Shown in pieces: positions 25,767 to 38,254 of a DNA stretch of 64,000 nucleotides. The notes below the pieces were generated by a model. It did no database searches, had not been told where the DNA came from, and saw nothing but the letters and a program-made list of their open reading frames with translations. The position numbers and the translations under genes are program-made. The DNA lies in NCBI GenBank assembly GCA_965649825.1, contig OZ287702.1:372001-436000 (forward strand), given 5' to 3'. Positions within the stretch are counted from its first letter, which is position 1, and every line of letters starts with the position of its first letter. The stretch is from Penicillus capitatus. Taxonomy: Eukaryota; Plantae; Chlorophyta.

Positions 25767-26177
25767 ATGATGCCTTGGCAATCACGCCGGTGTCGATGTT
25801 CCGGGCATTTCAAACATGAACGGTTATCAAAGGCGTGGATGAAACGTCGGTCGTCGGGGAAAGAGAAGGATCGCACGGTTACGATGGCGCGTTCGTCGGA
25901 GCGTCTGAACAAGGTGTTCGCCTTGAGCAATTCGAGCTATACAGAGAAGATTCTATCGCTACTGGATGACGTCAAAAGTGACTTCTTTCAAGGAATGTAC
26001 ACGAAAGTTAAGTTAAGCCTTACCGGAAACAAACCTTCAGAAAAGGACAAAGGGTGGCGGCATCGAGGCGGGTTTCGGACTAGGCCACGAAGGCTATCAT
26101 TGTTGGATGTTAAAGGGGAGCGTGTCACGTCAGTGACTGTTAGACGCGACGAACTCAAATCTTGCACAGTTGAATGA
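25767..26177 (+). CDS. Hypothetical ORF divergent from Pumilio
   Basis: 136-aa ATG ORF; no homology recognised. Confidence 0.3.
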   Translation: MMPWQSRRCRCSGHFKHERLSKAWMKRRSSGKEKDRTVTMARSSERLNKVFALSNSSYTEKILSLLDDVKSDFFQGMYTKVKLSLTGNKPSEKDKGWRHRGGFRTRPRRLSLLDVKGERVTSVTVRRDELKSCTVE

Positions 26178-27585
26178 GCCCTGTTGTTTAGATATATTCT
26201 TTCGTTTGTCGGGGATTGTTGGCCAAAACGTTAGACTCTTTCAAAAGTTCTTTGTGAAGTGACAGCTATATAGACCATCACGGTCCTTCAAATGCCCCTT
26301 TTCTTGTAAAGGTGTCAAAAACTGAAAATTCTTACCCCTATGAAAGCCAGACAGATTGAAGCGCTCCTTTCTGTACCTTCTTCGTACTGAGCTTTTCATT
26401 CTACACCTCAAGGTCACACAAATTGAGCATTCATTCCAATGCATGTTTTGCTTTTTATTCCATAATAACGCGTTCTGTGTTCTGTGATCGACTCTGCCAT
26501 AACACTCTTTGAGATCCTGCGATTCTTCGACCTTCTCTCTCGCGCACAGCTTTGGTCTGTTCCATAACATAGGAATTGCACATTGGATATAAAAATGCAT
26601 GTCCGTCGAGATTCAAGGTCACGCCTTTTAGACAGATAAGTTCATAGACAGGACTCAGAGTGGTGCATCGACAGAGTATTTCAATAACACAACGTATCCC
26701 ACCCACAGTTTAACCATCATAGAAATCACCTTAGACTGTTGATGCAGACGTGGCAAGAATGACAAGCCATCAAAGCTGTGTTTCTTCATCTACGATCTGC
26801 AGAGATCATATAATGAGCCATTGCGTAACCAGCATGGCGGACTAACATCTACGCCGCTGTCTTAACAATCCCCATTCAGCGCATTCCTTTCTGCGGGAAT
26901 CGAGTTCGTGACGAAGACCGTTCTGCGACTAGTAATGGGTGCTATAGATGAATACCTTCTTCTAAGCGACGCACTTTGAACATGCCGGAAGGCTAAAGAG
27001 AGATGACATTCGAATGGATGAATCCTTAATCGATTGATGTTGAAGTCCATCTCTGGGCAGAAGAAACATCTTTATACTCCATAGGACGCCTAAATATTCA
27101 CTTTCTCTGTGCTCATACATTCTCTGTGTTCGAGACACCTTCTGAAAAGAACAGCATGAAGGACAAAACTGATCGTTTTTTATTATGTTTTATTTCACAT
27201 AATCGTACACATGATATCTCATTTTGCTGTCTGACCAACTTCCCAGCAGCTCCACAGTTCCATCACAAAATGGAACGACGAAGATCCCTTCATGACAGCT
27301 TCTTTAATCGGATGCATGGACATTTGATTTTTACCAGGTTCCAAGAGATGTGGTCTTCGGCTGTGTATCACATGCTGATGTCGCCTTTTGGTCATGAGAC
27401 ATTCAGAATTCAACAGATAAGAGCAGAATTCTTCACGACGGTCACATGCCTAGAAAATAGAAACGTCACATCACCAATTGCCACTTGGTTGATGCGACAA
27501 AGCGTAGACTTCGATGTCGGTGAATTGACTTCGTCGTGTTACCAGAACGACTTGCGTTGTATTTTACTATTTGGAGCGAGTTACC

Positions 27586-30500
27586 ATGGAGCCTTCCGTC
27601 AAATCCATGCCAACAACGGCTCCGACGACCCGGCGCGCCGCCGCCTTTCAAATCGACATGCGCAACTGTTGTGCACCTCTTCCAAAACAAGTTCGCGACA
27701 AATGGAAAGAGTGGGAGACAACCCGCGAAGCCAACCGAGACGCAACGCTCGAAGACCTTGTCTCGCGCCTTCAACGCGCCGAAAAAAGAAGAGAGGTGTG
27801 GCTGCGCCGTGTGTTTCTGTGGCCGACGTGTTGGTACGTTCAGGAGTTCAAGCTATGGTTGACGCGCAAATCTAAGAGGTCGGCCCAAGTGCGCCGCAGA
27901 ATTGCCGAACAAAGTGCCGTCCTTGCAAAAAGACTAGAAGAGAAGCTTGCCTTTGCCGAAGCGAAAAGACGCGTGCGTCTGGAACATGTCCGTTCCAAAG
28001 CGACGGCCATGATTCAACGGTCCGAACTCGCGGCAGAACGTGTCAACGAACGGCAAGAGCTCTTAGCGCAGAAGCTCTACGAGACTCTCAATGCCGCCGA
28101 AACACGCCGTCTCGCTCTGATAGAAGCAGAGAAGGAACGTCTCAGTGCAGCACACGAGCTTGTCTTCTCAAAACTCGTGACCCCCATGATAAAGTGAGAG
28201 ATGACTGTCTCACTCTTTTGCTCTTTAGGCTCAAGTGCAAGAGAAGGAGGAACAGGAAAGAGAAGAGACGAAGAAACAGCTCGGAGAGAGGCTCGTCCAA
28301 GTCAGTCTTTGTCTGCTGTCTTCGTGGACAGGGGTTACGAAGATGGGTCGTGTTTCAGGCGGATAATGCACGCACTGCCATTCTGGCTGCTGCATCGAGC
28401 AAAGCTGGCGACAAGGTGCGTCATGCAAAGCATGTGAGCAAGATGCGTCGCCTCAACGAAGAACGTGATACGGAACTGAAGCGATCGTGCCTCCTTGTGA
28501 AACTGCAGACGGCAGCAGATCGTCGTCATGAAGTCTGCACTGTCCGTGTTGCCGTCAATGCTGAGAAGTCAGAAACGCAGTTTCTCAAGCGCCAGGCTAC
28601 GACAAGAGAAAAACTCAGACGATCAGGATCGAGTCGCCTGCTTCAGAATGTCTGGCTCTCATTCAGGGACAGCAACAGAACGACGAAGGAACTCGCCGTC
28701 GCTGTCCTGAAAACGAGCATCACCTTCTTGAGTCCCTCCCTGGACGACAAAGAAGCACTCGAGACACCATCTGGCAATCTCACCAAAGCCGAGCTCAAGG
28801 ATCCCTTTGAAGAATTTGCGGCACATCTTCAGTCTGAGGAGACAATAACGGCCGTCAAAGTAGCATCTAAAAATCTGATCAAGCCATTTGGCGTTATCTG
28901 CTGTTGGATGTTAGGCATTCTTGAATCGTGTCAAGACGAAGCTGCTGGGAAGAAGCAAAGGAGTGCATGACTGTACGGCTCTGTTGAGGAGGCTGTATCC
29001 CAAGACACCAAAGAACAAACTTGAGCGTTATCCAACACGGGTCTTTCTGTGTGCCTATATGATTTTGAACCATCCAGAAGTGGTGTTCAGTAACAAGGGA
29101 GAACGGGAGTCTGCACTGTCGGCCTCTTCGAAGGACATGATCGAGGCGTTCGAGAAACTTGTTCAGCGTTATCTTCAACCCGTGAGCGATCCAGGAACAC
29201 CTGGACAGTGTTCTGGTGTTGTGGACTTGCCGAGCTTCTCAGAGCTATTCAATGCATTTGATGATCGTTGGGTGACATATCTGGAGCAATTTGTGGCATG
29301 GAAGCTGCACGATGCAGCGGGGTTGGCGGAATCTCTTATTCGTATGGCCAGCAAGATGCAACTGTCTATGCTGCGCAAGGTCGATGGCGATATCCATTCC
29401 GAGAAAGTCCAGAATAATTCAGATTTGGCAAACATAGTGAAACAAGTTCAGCATGATCATCAGTTGTTGCGTGAACGTGTCGAGCGTCTCTCCGGAAAAG
29501 CCGGACTCAAAAAGTTCGATGCTGCGCTTGAGGACTGCCGCGGTCAGTATGACGAAGAGAAGAAGAAGGGAGGCTCATCGAGTGATGGCAATGGCGCAAG
29601 TGAATCCGATAGCTCATTCTCTTCGACGTCTCAGAAGCCACCCACCGATGGCGGTTCGAGCAGCAGCTCTGGAAACACAGGATCCGGCAACGGATCGCGT
29701 CATCCGAGACGTGGTCCCATAGATCCCGTTGTTGATGGAATGCCCATCAGCGCAAAGAACGAGGCTTTTGTGTGGGAACTCCTCTACAATCGCAACTACC
29801 AACTCGAGAGTGACATGATCGAAGAGATCTGGTCGTCCGCCGTGGCAGCCGAAGACGAAGCACTGCCGACATTGAGGGTAGGCGACTCTCAGTCTCCAAC
29901 CAAGGCATTGCAAAAGCAGATCACCAGCATCGCAGAGAAGGCATTCTGGGATTCTGTCGAAGAGAGACTTGCATCTGAGTCTGGCGAAGCGGCTGTCCAT
30001 GTCTGTACGATGTTGCTTGAAATCGGCGCAGACCTTTCTGCCATGTTGCCCAACACAGCGTCTGCCAAGATTGTCAACGAGCATCTCAAAGACGAGGCTG
30101 AGTTGATGAAGCTGCTCAAGGGAGACAAAGAGGATTCCAACAATCTCAACGCGAGTGGATTACTGCACTTGCTTGAACACACTTCTGAATTGCTGCGTGA
30201 ATGCGGTTCAGAGGCACGCAATGAAGCAGCCATTTCGGCTCAGCAAAAAGTCAGAGAGCACATTATTGAAGCTCTGGAACGAGGGGAACGGGCACCTCTG
30301 GCCAAAGCCATCTGCCGTGCCTTGCGTTTGCTCTATGCACAGCTCAAAGTCCTGCGATTCGATCTGGCCAATGCCCGTATCCGTGCCCTGTCTTCTGTCC
30401 TGACAGGACCAGCAGCGCTCAAATATGGACGTGACAAGTTTGCCGATGCCTTTGGTCTCGTCCAGGGTCAGAGTCCCATTGAGAAACTGCCAAAGACAAA

Positions 30501-31293
30501 GAAATGGATGGAAGAGGCTGTTGAGTGGCGGCGCGGGTTGGAGCTGGTTCTAGAACCCCTCAGCGTAGAATTGCTCGTTGCAGCACGAACAAACATTCCT
30601 TCTTCCATGCGTTCTGGCGTGGGATGCGCCTCGTCTTCTTCGTCGACAGAACCGCCACTTGAGCAGTGGCCTGAGGTACAGTATATCAGTCCAGTTGCAC
30701 CCTCCTCCTGGAGAGCCGCCTTTCGTATTGGTCTGATTAATCTTGTGTCTGCTCCTGTCCCCCTGACAACGGCCAATGTGCCAGAGACACTACACCTGGA
30801 CGTCCAACGCCTGCATAATATTCAAAACGCTTTCCAGCGATTGGTTGTCACCTCCGCAGCGCTTCTAACCTTACAGCAAGTGAAACAAGAGACCATTCCA
30901 CATGAAGACCTGCTGGAGATGAAATCAAGACTGGCTTTGATTTTGGAACATCCCAATGTGAATTTGACCAATTTGACAGGCGAATTGACGCGTATGGCAG
31001 GGATGGAGGCAGATGTCGAACAGAGCATTAATAACACCCTAATAAACCTGATCAACAGAGAGAAAGGAGGTTTCAGGGCGCTCAATAACGGACTGACGAA
31101 GGCAATGAGCATCTGCTTGGTTGCTGGAAGCTCCTCAGAAGCACCCTCGACGAAGAAGGCCATCCAAAGTATGCTCTCCAAAATTGGATCAACATACCTT
31201 CTGGACGATGTCATCGACGTGGCGAGCGATCTCAGCTTGATCGTCGGCATCAACGAAGCTGTCCATGGCCACATCTACGAGAACATGTTCTAA
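27586..31293 (+). CDS. T-complex protein 11 (TCP11/SOK1) family protein with N-terminal coiled coil
   Basis: LERYPTRVFLCAYMILNHPEVVF, AEKAFWDSVEERL, LKVLRFDLANARIRAL, PETLHLDVQRLHNIQNAFQRLVV. Confidence 0.88.
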
Positions 31294-31492
31294 TCTATTC
31301 TAATGTCATTTTTTGTATGATTTCTATCGGTTCTTGGGAAGAGCTATCGTGTATATGATGGAGTGCTGTGGTGTCGTATTCCTACTACACGGTCATGTGT
31401 CCGTTGAAGGACGCGAATCGTGAAGATGCTTCGATCATGTTGTTGTTGTGTAATAACGAACGAAAACATTGTTCCTATAGAAGAAGAGATTA

Positions 31493-33079
31493 TCACTCCA
31501 TCGCTTTTTGTCTGTCTCGTTCTTCTTTCTCTTCCCTTTTGATTTGAAGTGTTGCTGCTTTCTTGGCGACGAAGACACGTCTCATCCTTTTTAAAACAGC
31601 TTCTTCATCCATTTCAAAGGCGCTGAGCTGAGCGCCTATGAGATCTTCAATTCTGTGCAGCAGTTCCACATCGTACTGACTGACAAAGCTCAGAGCGCGT
31701 CCAGATCTGCCGGCACGTGCTGTGCGTCCCACTCGATGGACGTAGTCCCGCGGTAAGTGTGGCACATCGAAGTTGATCACCATATCTACACTGGGGATAT
31801 CCAGACCCCTCGATGCCAGATCCGTTGCCACCAGCATCGAAACTTGACGTGACTTGAATTGCTGGAGATTTAGGAGACGCTGTCGCTGTCGAATGCCGGA
31901 GTGCATCAATACGACATCGCAACCCAGATGCTGCAGTGTTGCGCCCAAGAGACGACACGAAGTACACGTGCTGGTGAAGATCATCACGGAACCGATATCC
32001 AACGTCTCCAACTCTTCCAGGAGATGATACAGGTAAACATGTTTGACATTGTGTGGCACAAAGAGATACTCTTGATGGAGACTGGGCACCGTCTTCATGT
32101 CTTTGTATACCTGGAGTGGCAGTGGACGTCTCTGAGCATCGTTGGAGAGGGGTAGTGGGTATGACTTGATAGACGCAGGCATTGGGCATGGCGCGTTTCT
32201 GAAGTCGGATAAGATTTTGTGTCATCGTTGCACTGAAGAGCAGCGTCTGGCGTTTAGCTGGGAGAATGGACAGGATGGTACGGAGATCTGATTCGAAGGA
32301 GGCATCGAGAATCTGATCGGCTTCATCGACGACGAAGAAAGCCAATCGTGCAAAGTAAGCAGAAAGCTGTCCGTCATTGTCAATGATACTCTACACACAT
32401 ATGATGACGGCAAAACTAGAAAAAGTGTGAGGAGAATGACCGAGAGTCGACCAGGCGTAGAAATCACGACATGTGGACGCTTGGCCAATTGCAGGACTTG
32501 AGCACGCAACTTGAGACCACCCACGATGACACAATGCTACAGAACAGATCGACCACTCATACCCTGGCAGGTATCTAAGGGCATAGATACTCTGAATGTC
32601 ATACCAGCGGCCAATGCACTGAAGATATCACGTATCTGAAAGGCTAGTTCCCTGGAATCACACTTCTGTCTTTTTACATTTGTGATTGAATTCGATTTCG
32701 ACCGCGTTGGTGTTAAGACAAGGGCGTAGATTCCATAGGGATCCTTCGAGAGCTTTTGCAGAATCGGCAAGGCGAATGTCGCTGTCTTGCCACTTCCTGT
32801 TTGGGCCACACCGATGACGGGACGCCCATCGAGAATCTGTGGAATGCAGACGGCCTGGACATCCGTTGGTCGGACCATGCCGTAAACGCGACACGTATTC
32901 GCGAGCCATTGCGTCAGACCGATCTGCTCAAACGCGACGTCCTCAACCGGAAAGACGCCATCTGCCAAGGGCCGTGGCACAATGGACCTCTCTGGTGCCG
33001 ATGGGGTCGATGGGACATCTGGAGACGGTGTCCGTTTGCGTTTATGACTCGAAAAGAGGCGAATGGAGTGATCCTGCAT
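31493..33079 (-). CDS. DDX49: DEAD-box RNA helicase DDX49/Dbp8, spliced
   Basis: PTDVQ Q-motif, [11 protein letters not shown]|[48 protein letters not shown]. Confidence 0.9.
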
Positions 33080-33183
33080 GCTGGGATAAGAAACGAATGT
33101 TGCGAACAACTTGAAATGAATTTTCAATCATAAACGAGATGTTCACATGTAATTTGCGAGGCGCACACATTTTCCAATGACGT

Positions 33184-34564
33184 CTAGACATGTCTTTGAG
33201 TTACAGCCGCCAGTGCAACATTTCCCGCAGCTGCTTGCGCTTGATTCTGTACCTGTTGCGGTCCTCCGCGTCCACGGAACTCACGCATTGCCTGTCACAT
33301 CACCCTGTCATTCGGCATTCGGAAGGGATCAGGGTACCTGCTGCCAGACGTACACGGAAAGGACAATATTCCCAACCCACAGGACAAAACCGATGAGATA
33401 GAACACACCCAGCCACACTTTGTCATCGAATTTATCGAAGACTTCGATGAGACCAGTGAATGACGAACTGTCATCGGAACCGATGAAGAACGTGGGGACA
33501 GCTACAGCCAGATACACAGAAGGTTGTGCATGAGAGTGATGGATCAAATGATAGAGACTTACGAACAGCTGCCCATGCGCAGAAGCTCATGTGAATCGCA
33601 CTGCCCAGAAAGAAACACATGTAAGTGACGGAGCGATCGTAAGCGGCGGCATTGTAAATGCGTCCATACCAAATAATGAAGGCTCCAGGAATACCAGCAA
33701 TTGCATAGATGCCTAAAACCACCCCATGAATGCGAGTCCCCTCTTTGGTTATCGAAGAGAATGCGTTTACCAGCAAACAGCCATGCAATGAAATTACCGC
33801 CTGTGCTTAATGCCAGTGTCATGCACAGGAAATTGTATATCACTGTCCCACAGAAAAGCTGCAAATGCATGAGAATGAAGCGAAGCAGATGTAGCAGAGC
33901 GGGCATACGAGATAGGCGTGATAAGCTCGCTTGACGGTGGACTGTAAGCTGAACGTTACTTCGGCTTCGATGTCATGATAGAGAATGGGGAAACAGGGTG
34001 GCCAGTTTTTGACAGGGCGGATAGCATTATCTCTGTCCGCGTGGCGATTCTGAGATTGCAATTCGCGTTGCTGCTCTTCCAATTGCTTCTCGCGTTTTTT
34101 GATCTCTTCTTCACGGATGCTTAATTCCTACATCACGGTGGCGCTACAGTAACCCCTCTCTCCACCGAAGCGCACCCACCCTCTCTGTTTGAGTCAATTT
34201 GCGTCCATTTGTCGGAGACGTCGTGCTGCCTCCCCAGGGACTCGGATTCGTTCCCCAAGCCGATGCTAAAAATACATGACACTCCCATTGCTCTCAGCGT
34301 TCCACCGACAGGAGGCTTCAGTACTTGCCGGGACGACACCGTAGCCTCCTCCATCCGTCTATCATACACGACGCTGTCAGAATTCGCAACACAGGAGACA
34401 GGAGTAGGGATACTTACGTCGTTGGCTGCGGACTCGGTATGAACCGTGACTGCTGGATCCTAGGCGTCAACGGCGAACCGTCAGGATATCGAGCAAGGAT
34501 AGACGAAGGCGATAGAAGCTACCGCGAAGGGATTGGGACCTCCAAAGGGATTCGGGCTCGACAT
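33184..34564 (-). CDS. SCAMP: Secretory carrier membrane protein (SCAMP), multi-exon
   Basis: N-terminal NPF repeats (PNPFGGPNPFA), coiled coil, KNWPPCFPILYHDI, PGAFIIWYGRIYNAA, 4 TM segments. Confidence 0.93.
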
Positions 34565-34611
34565 GTAACAATCAAACGAAACGAAAAGTATTCAACGCGA
34601 TCGATGTCCAC

Positions 34612-35367
34612 ATGAGCCATCACATCATCGCCATGTCACAGAAGGCAGCCACAGCTGTCGATAGCCATGACTTCGTCCGAATGCGCCTCAATGTCGCCCG
34701 ATCAACGCAGGCGACGCGGCGCGTGGTTTCCCTCAGTCGAACAGCGCCACAGGGCGTCGCATCTTCGGTGTCGCGTCGGAAGGCGTTGTTGGGTGTCCTC
34801 TCATCGCCTTTGATCGTATCGCTGTGGAATCGAAGCGAAGCGGCGGAGCTCGAGACGTTCTACGGCAAAGCGACACCACCAACGAGCTACGGCGGTTACG
34901 GCGGCAACGCCGAGGAGGTACCCAAATACAAATTCGACTATCCGGTCAACTGGACCTTCCAACCCGTAAACAAAGTCCAGAAAGGGACGCAAGGAATCGA
35001 TGCCCGAGTGTCCAATCCACGCAATCGAAACATGGCAGCCTTCGTTATCGTCCTGGGTCGAGCTGGAGAAGACAACAAGTCCTATCAAGTGACCGATGTC
35101 GAAGGCACCTTTCAGGGATTCGCTGGTGCAGACTACGACATTCAAGATGCCGTCATGTCTGCCACGAATACCGCACAGGGAGAGCGCGAAATCGATGGAC
35201 AGCAATACTTTGATTATCAAGTGGACAGTCCAGTGGCGCATTACATGGCGACGATTACGGTGAAGGAGGGTAAAGTCTTTGCCTTCTTTGTCAAATCGCC
35301 CGACAAAGAATTCGAAGCGAACGCGCCAGTGTTCAAGAACATCCTCCAGTCGTTCAGAACGCTATAG
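34612..35367 (+). CDS. TL19: Thylakoid lumenal 19 kDa PsbP/Mog1-fold protein with Tat signal, intronless
   Basis: SRRKALLG twin-Arg, AEA cleavage, FYGKATPPTSYGGYGGN..YDYP-like KFDYP..NKVQKGTQG; the second ATG at 34633 is also possible. Confidence 0.85.
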   Translation: MSHHIIAMSQKAATAVDSHDFVRMRLNVARSTQATRRVVSLSRTAPQGVASSVSRRKALLGVLSSPLIVSLWNRSEAAELETFYGKATPPTSYGGYGGNAEEVPKYKFDYPVNWTFQPVNKVQKGTQGIDARVSNPRNRNMAAFVIVLGRAGEDNKSYQVTDVEGTFQGFAGADYDIQDAVMSATNTAQGEREIDGQQYFDYQVDSPVAHYMATITVKEGKVFAFFVKSPDKEFEANAPVFKNILQSFRTL

Positions 35368-35437
35368 CTCTGCCAGCACTGCCATCATTGCCTTGTGCAT
35401 TTTTGCTCTGCCTTTCAGTTTTGCACCTGCGTCCGGA

Positions 35438-35876
35438 TCAGGCGGATGTGGGAAGGAGGAAGAAGAAAGATTTGTCGCCCATTTGAATATAACTCTGCGA
35501 TTTTAATCGGACGGGAGGGGAGGAAGGTGTATACAGCACCCCCTCAACGTAAACACCGTTCTTTCCACGCACAACGAGCTCAAAGACACCTCCATGTAGA
35601 ACACATGTCGAACACGGGATAGAGAAAGGGAACAAAGAACCCTCAGCGAAGTTGTATCGAATCGAGGCGTGGTTCCGAGAGACGTTTGTATTGTCCCCTG
35701 ATTCAGTCCATAAACGCAGAAAACGAAGTAGAAAGGATACCCAATATGACGTCGAGCTCCGTGCTTTTGTTCTTGCGACCGAGGATGACCTCGTACTTTC
35801 GGATATAGTATTCCAAGTCGTCGCCCAGGAGTTTGGCGAAAGCGCACTTCGACAGACGAGAGTCCATTAAATTCAT
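35438..35876 (-). CDS. Small stand-alone FHA-domain protein (FHA1/FHA2, Fkh-type FHA), 2 introns
   Basis: AFAKLLGDDLEYYIRKYEVILGR..|DNTNVSRNHASIRYNF|..GKNGVYVEG..IQMGDKSFFFLLP. Confidence 0.85.
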
Positions 35877-35879
35877 AGT

Positions 35880-36690
35880 GTTCGATCAACCGCGTGAGAT
35901 GTTTGAGGTCGGCTCGTGCTCGAACCGGGTCATGTCGCAAAACGGTAGGCACTGGCGCGTCGTTCCAGCACTTTGACATTCGTGGGATCTTGTTCTAAGA
36001 CGTGCGTACAGATATCGATTGCGGCACCGTGCAGTCCCTTCTGCATATGCACGGCAGTCACGTTCAGTTGAAGCTCGTGACGACATCGATCGATCTCATC
36101 CTGATCCAGAACGTGACGTCATCGAATGAGATTCAGAATCCCGAGAGCACGGTCGTCATGTGCCCGCGCTGTATCGACGCCTCCTTTCTTGTACGCCGCA
36201 ATGCCCAATGTACATTCCTCTAGCTGCTCTCCAGGGGAGCGAGAGGCTCCTATGAGGTCCGTGCTAGACAGGGAGGGACGCGTTGCAGATCCGGATGGAC
36301 GGATGCGAGATACTGACAGAAGAAATGCTCTATATCTTTCTCCTAAATCTGACCTTGATAGACGTAAGAGTCGATGCGCCTTGCGGAACATCTCGAACAT
36401 ACGCAGATTCTGAATCCAGACATCGGAATGCTTCGTCGGGTGTATTGAACATAGAGATCAGGAGACGGCATAGGACGTCGCGTTGAACCACATGACGCAG
36501 CTATCGCCGCAGCGCGAATTCCAATGCGGAAAGTTTCGCAAAGAAGGACGTTTCCGCAACACGTTCTCGCAGATCTCGTGCGTCAGAATTCTTCGTGCTG
36601 CTATTCTTCGAGCAATGCTCGATGTTCCGGATGTTTGAGGTACTCCGTCAGTTCGCGTTGCAGGGCTGCACCGTCCTCGCCCAAAAACAT
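35880..36690 (-). pseudogene. Disrupted TPR-protein gene (FKBP-type TPR helices)
   Basis: LGIAAYKKG..ARAHDDRALGIL..R*RH..LQLNVTAVHMQKG..AAIDICTHVLEQDPTNVKVLERRASAY; in-frame TGA at 36119-36121 and a +1 shift in a T4 run before RHDPVRARADLK. Confidence 0.6.
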
Positions 36691-36934
36691 ACTGGATGCC
36701 ACGACGACGCTATTGTCGATGTGTCGATTCGATGACGCCGATCACCACCAACATTGATTACCAAACAGAGTCATCATCTTTCTACGGACCTCTTGGCAGG
36801 GATACCTCTGAGTGTACATAAGGGAATTCACTTAACACATTGGATGCGACTTCATCTAAGGAATCTTGCAAAAACAACGTTGAACGGATGATGCGGTTGG
36901 CGTGCTCCATCCATCGCTGCGGAACGAGATGGTA

Positions 36935-38175
36935 CTAACGATGTTCAAAAGGATTGGCCCATGAGTTGAGTTCCCAGTTGAGTTCCGAGAGTTGCTCATC
37001 GATTTTGGCTTTGGGATGAATCCAAGCCGGCGGCGTCGACTCTCTGAGGCAGTCCCATTCGATACCGTCGAAGAAACGGTGACGCTTCAGATCATCGAAA
37101 TCCTCAGCACCTATATCAAATGTCACATCATCATGCAAGGAAACATCGACCGCGTTGGCACGACCGAGTCGTTTCTGTGGATCGATCACGAGGAGCTGAC
37201 GGACCAAGTCTTCCGCACTGGATGGAAATTCATCGGGAAACACTAAATCCACTTTGGCAATTCTCTGATACGTCAAGTACTCGCTGTGCTCCTACAGATC
37301 ACAATACCGTCCTTCACTTTCGCCTATACTTACAAGATGTGCAAGAGGAAGGAGATTTACTCGAAATGGAGGAGCTCCTGCCAGCATCTGGAAAATGAGA
37401 CAGCCCAACCCCCATAGATCTGCTGCGGTTGTCACGGTGTGATTGCTGAGCGTTTCAGGCGGGACATAATCTGCGGTCCCCACAAAAGAGGTCTTTCTTT
37501 CAGAAGAGCTGTCTGCTGGAGCCTTCAAATCTTTGACGCAACCAAAGTCGACCAGTTTTAGATGACCGTCTTCCGTCAGCAACAGATTCTCCGGTTTCAA
37601 ATCTCTGCAGACAGTAAGCGACTCGTGCAAAGCCCAAAACAAAGGCAACAAACACTGCACCGATGCACAAGATGTGCTTTCTTTAAAGACTCCAGAATTA
37701 ACAGCACTTCGGCGGTATAGAATTGACTCGACTCAAACGGTAGCTTCTTTTTCTGGACACAAACAGAATCTTTATCATACCCCCTACCATGCGTGCAGCT
37801 CTGTCGCTACTTGTCGAATCTGTTCAAAGAGTTCGCCGCCAGAAAGGTATTCCAACACAAAATCTGCCATTGGACATGAGCTCAAGGCAATGGTATTAGA
37901 GAACGGTTACATAGGTTCTGCATGTCTTGAAATGTGAAGTGGAGTTTCACGATGCCTGCATCGTTGAGTCTGTCAAGGACATGGCGCTCCAGGACAATAC
38001 GATGCGTCTGTTTGTGTTTGTTCACAAAATATTTGTCCACGATTTTTACAGCGTATATCTGTCCGTCTGGTTTGTAGCGTCCTCGAATGACAGTCGAGAA
38101 CGTTCCATCCCCCGCCCGTCCCAAGATTTCAAAATCGTCCATGGAACAAGAGACCCTAGTCAGCCACTTCTCCAT
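36935..38175 (-). CDS. PDK1: 3-phosphoinositide-dependent kinase 1 (AGC) lacking a PH domain, multi-exon
   Basis: GDGTFSTV, YAVKIVDK, KLHFTFQD, HR|DLKPEN, DFG, SFVGTADYVPPE, ADLWGLG, FFDGIEW. Confidence 0.85.
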
Positions 38176-38254
38176 CGGACCTCAAGAGAACGAAGACTAC
38201 CGTGGAGCGCGATACGCGGTGTCGCCGTCCTTGTCGAGCAGCGGTCGAGATGTG

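Noticed and set aside
36119-36121. In-frame TGA as selenocysteine or readthrough
   Set aside because: It is not at a Cys-equivalent redox position and the same gene has additional frameshifts, so pseudogenisation is simpler
36935-37100. PDK1 lacking a PH domain as a novelty
   Set aside because: PH-less PDK1 is already known in green algae, mosses and some fungi
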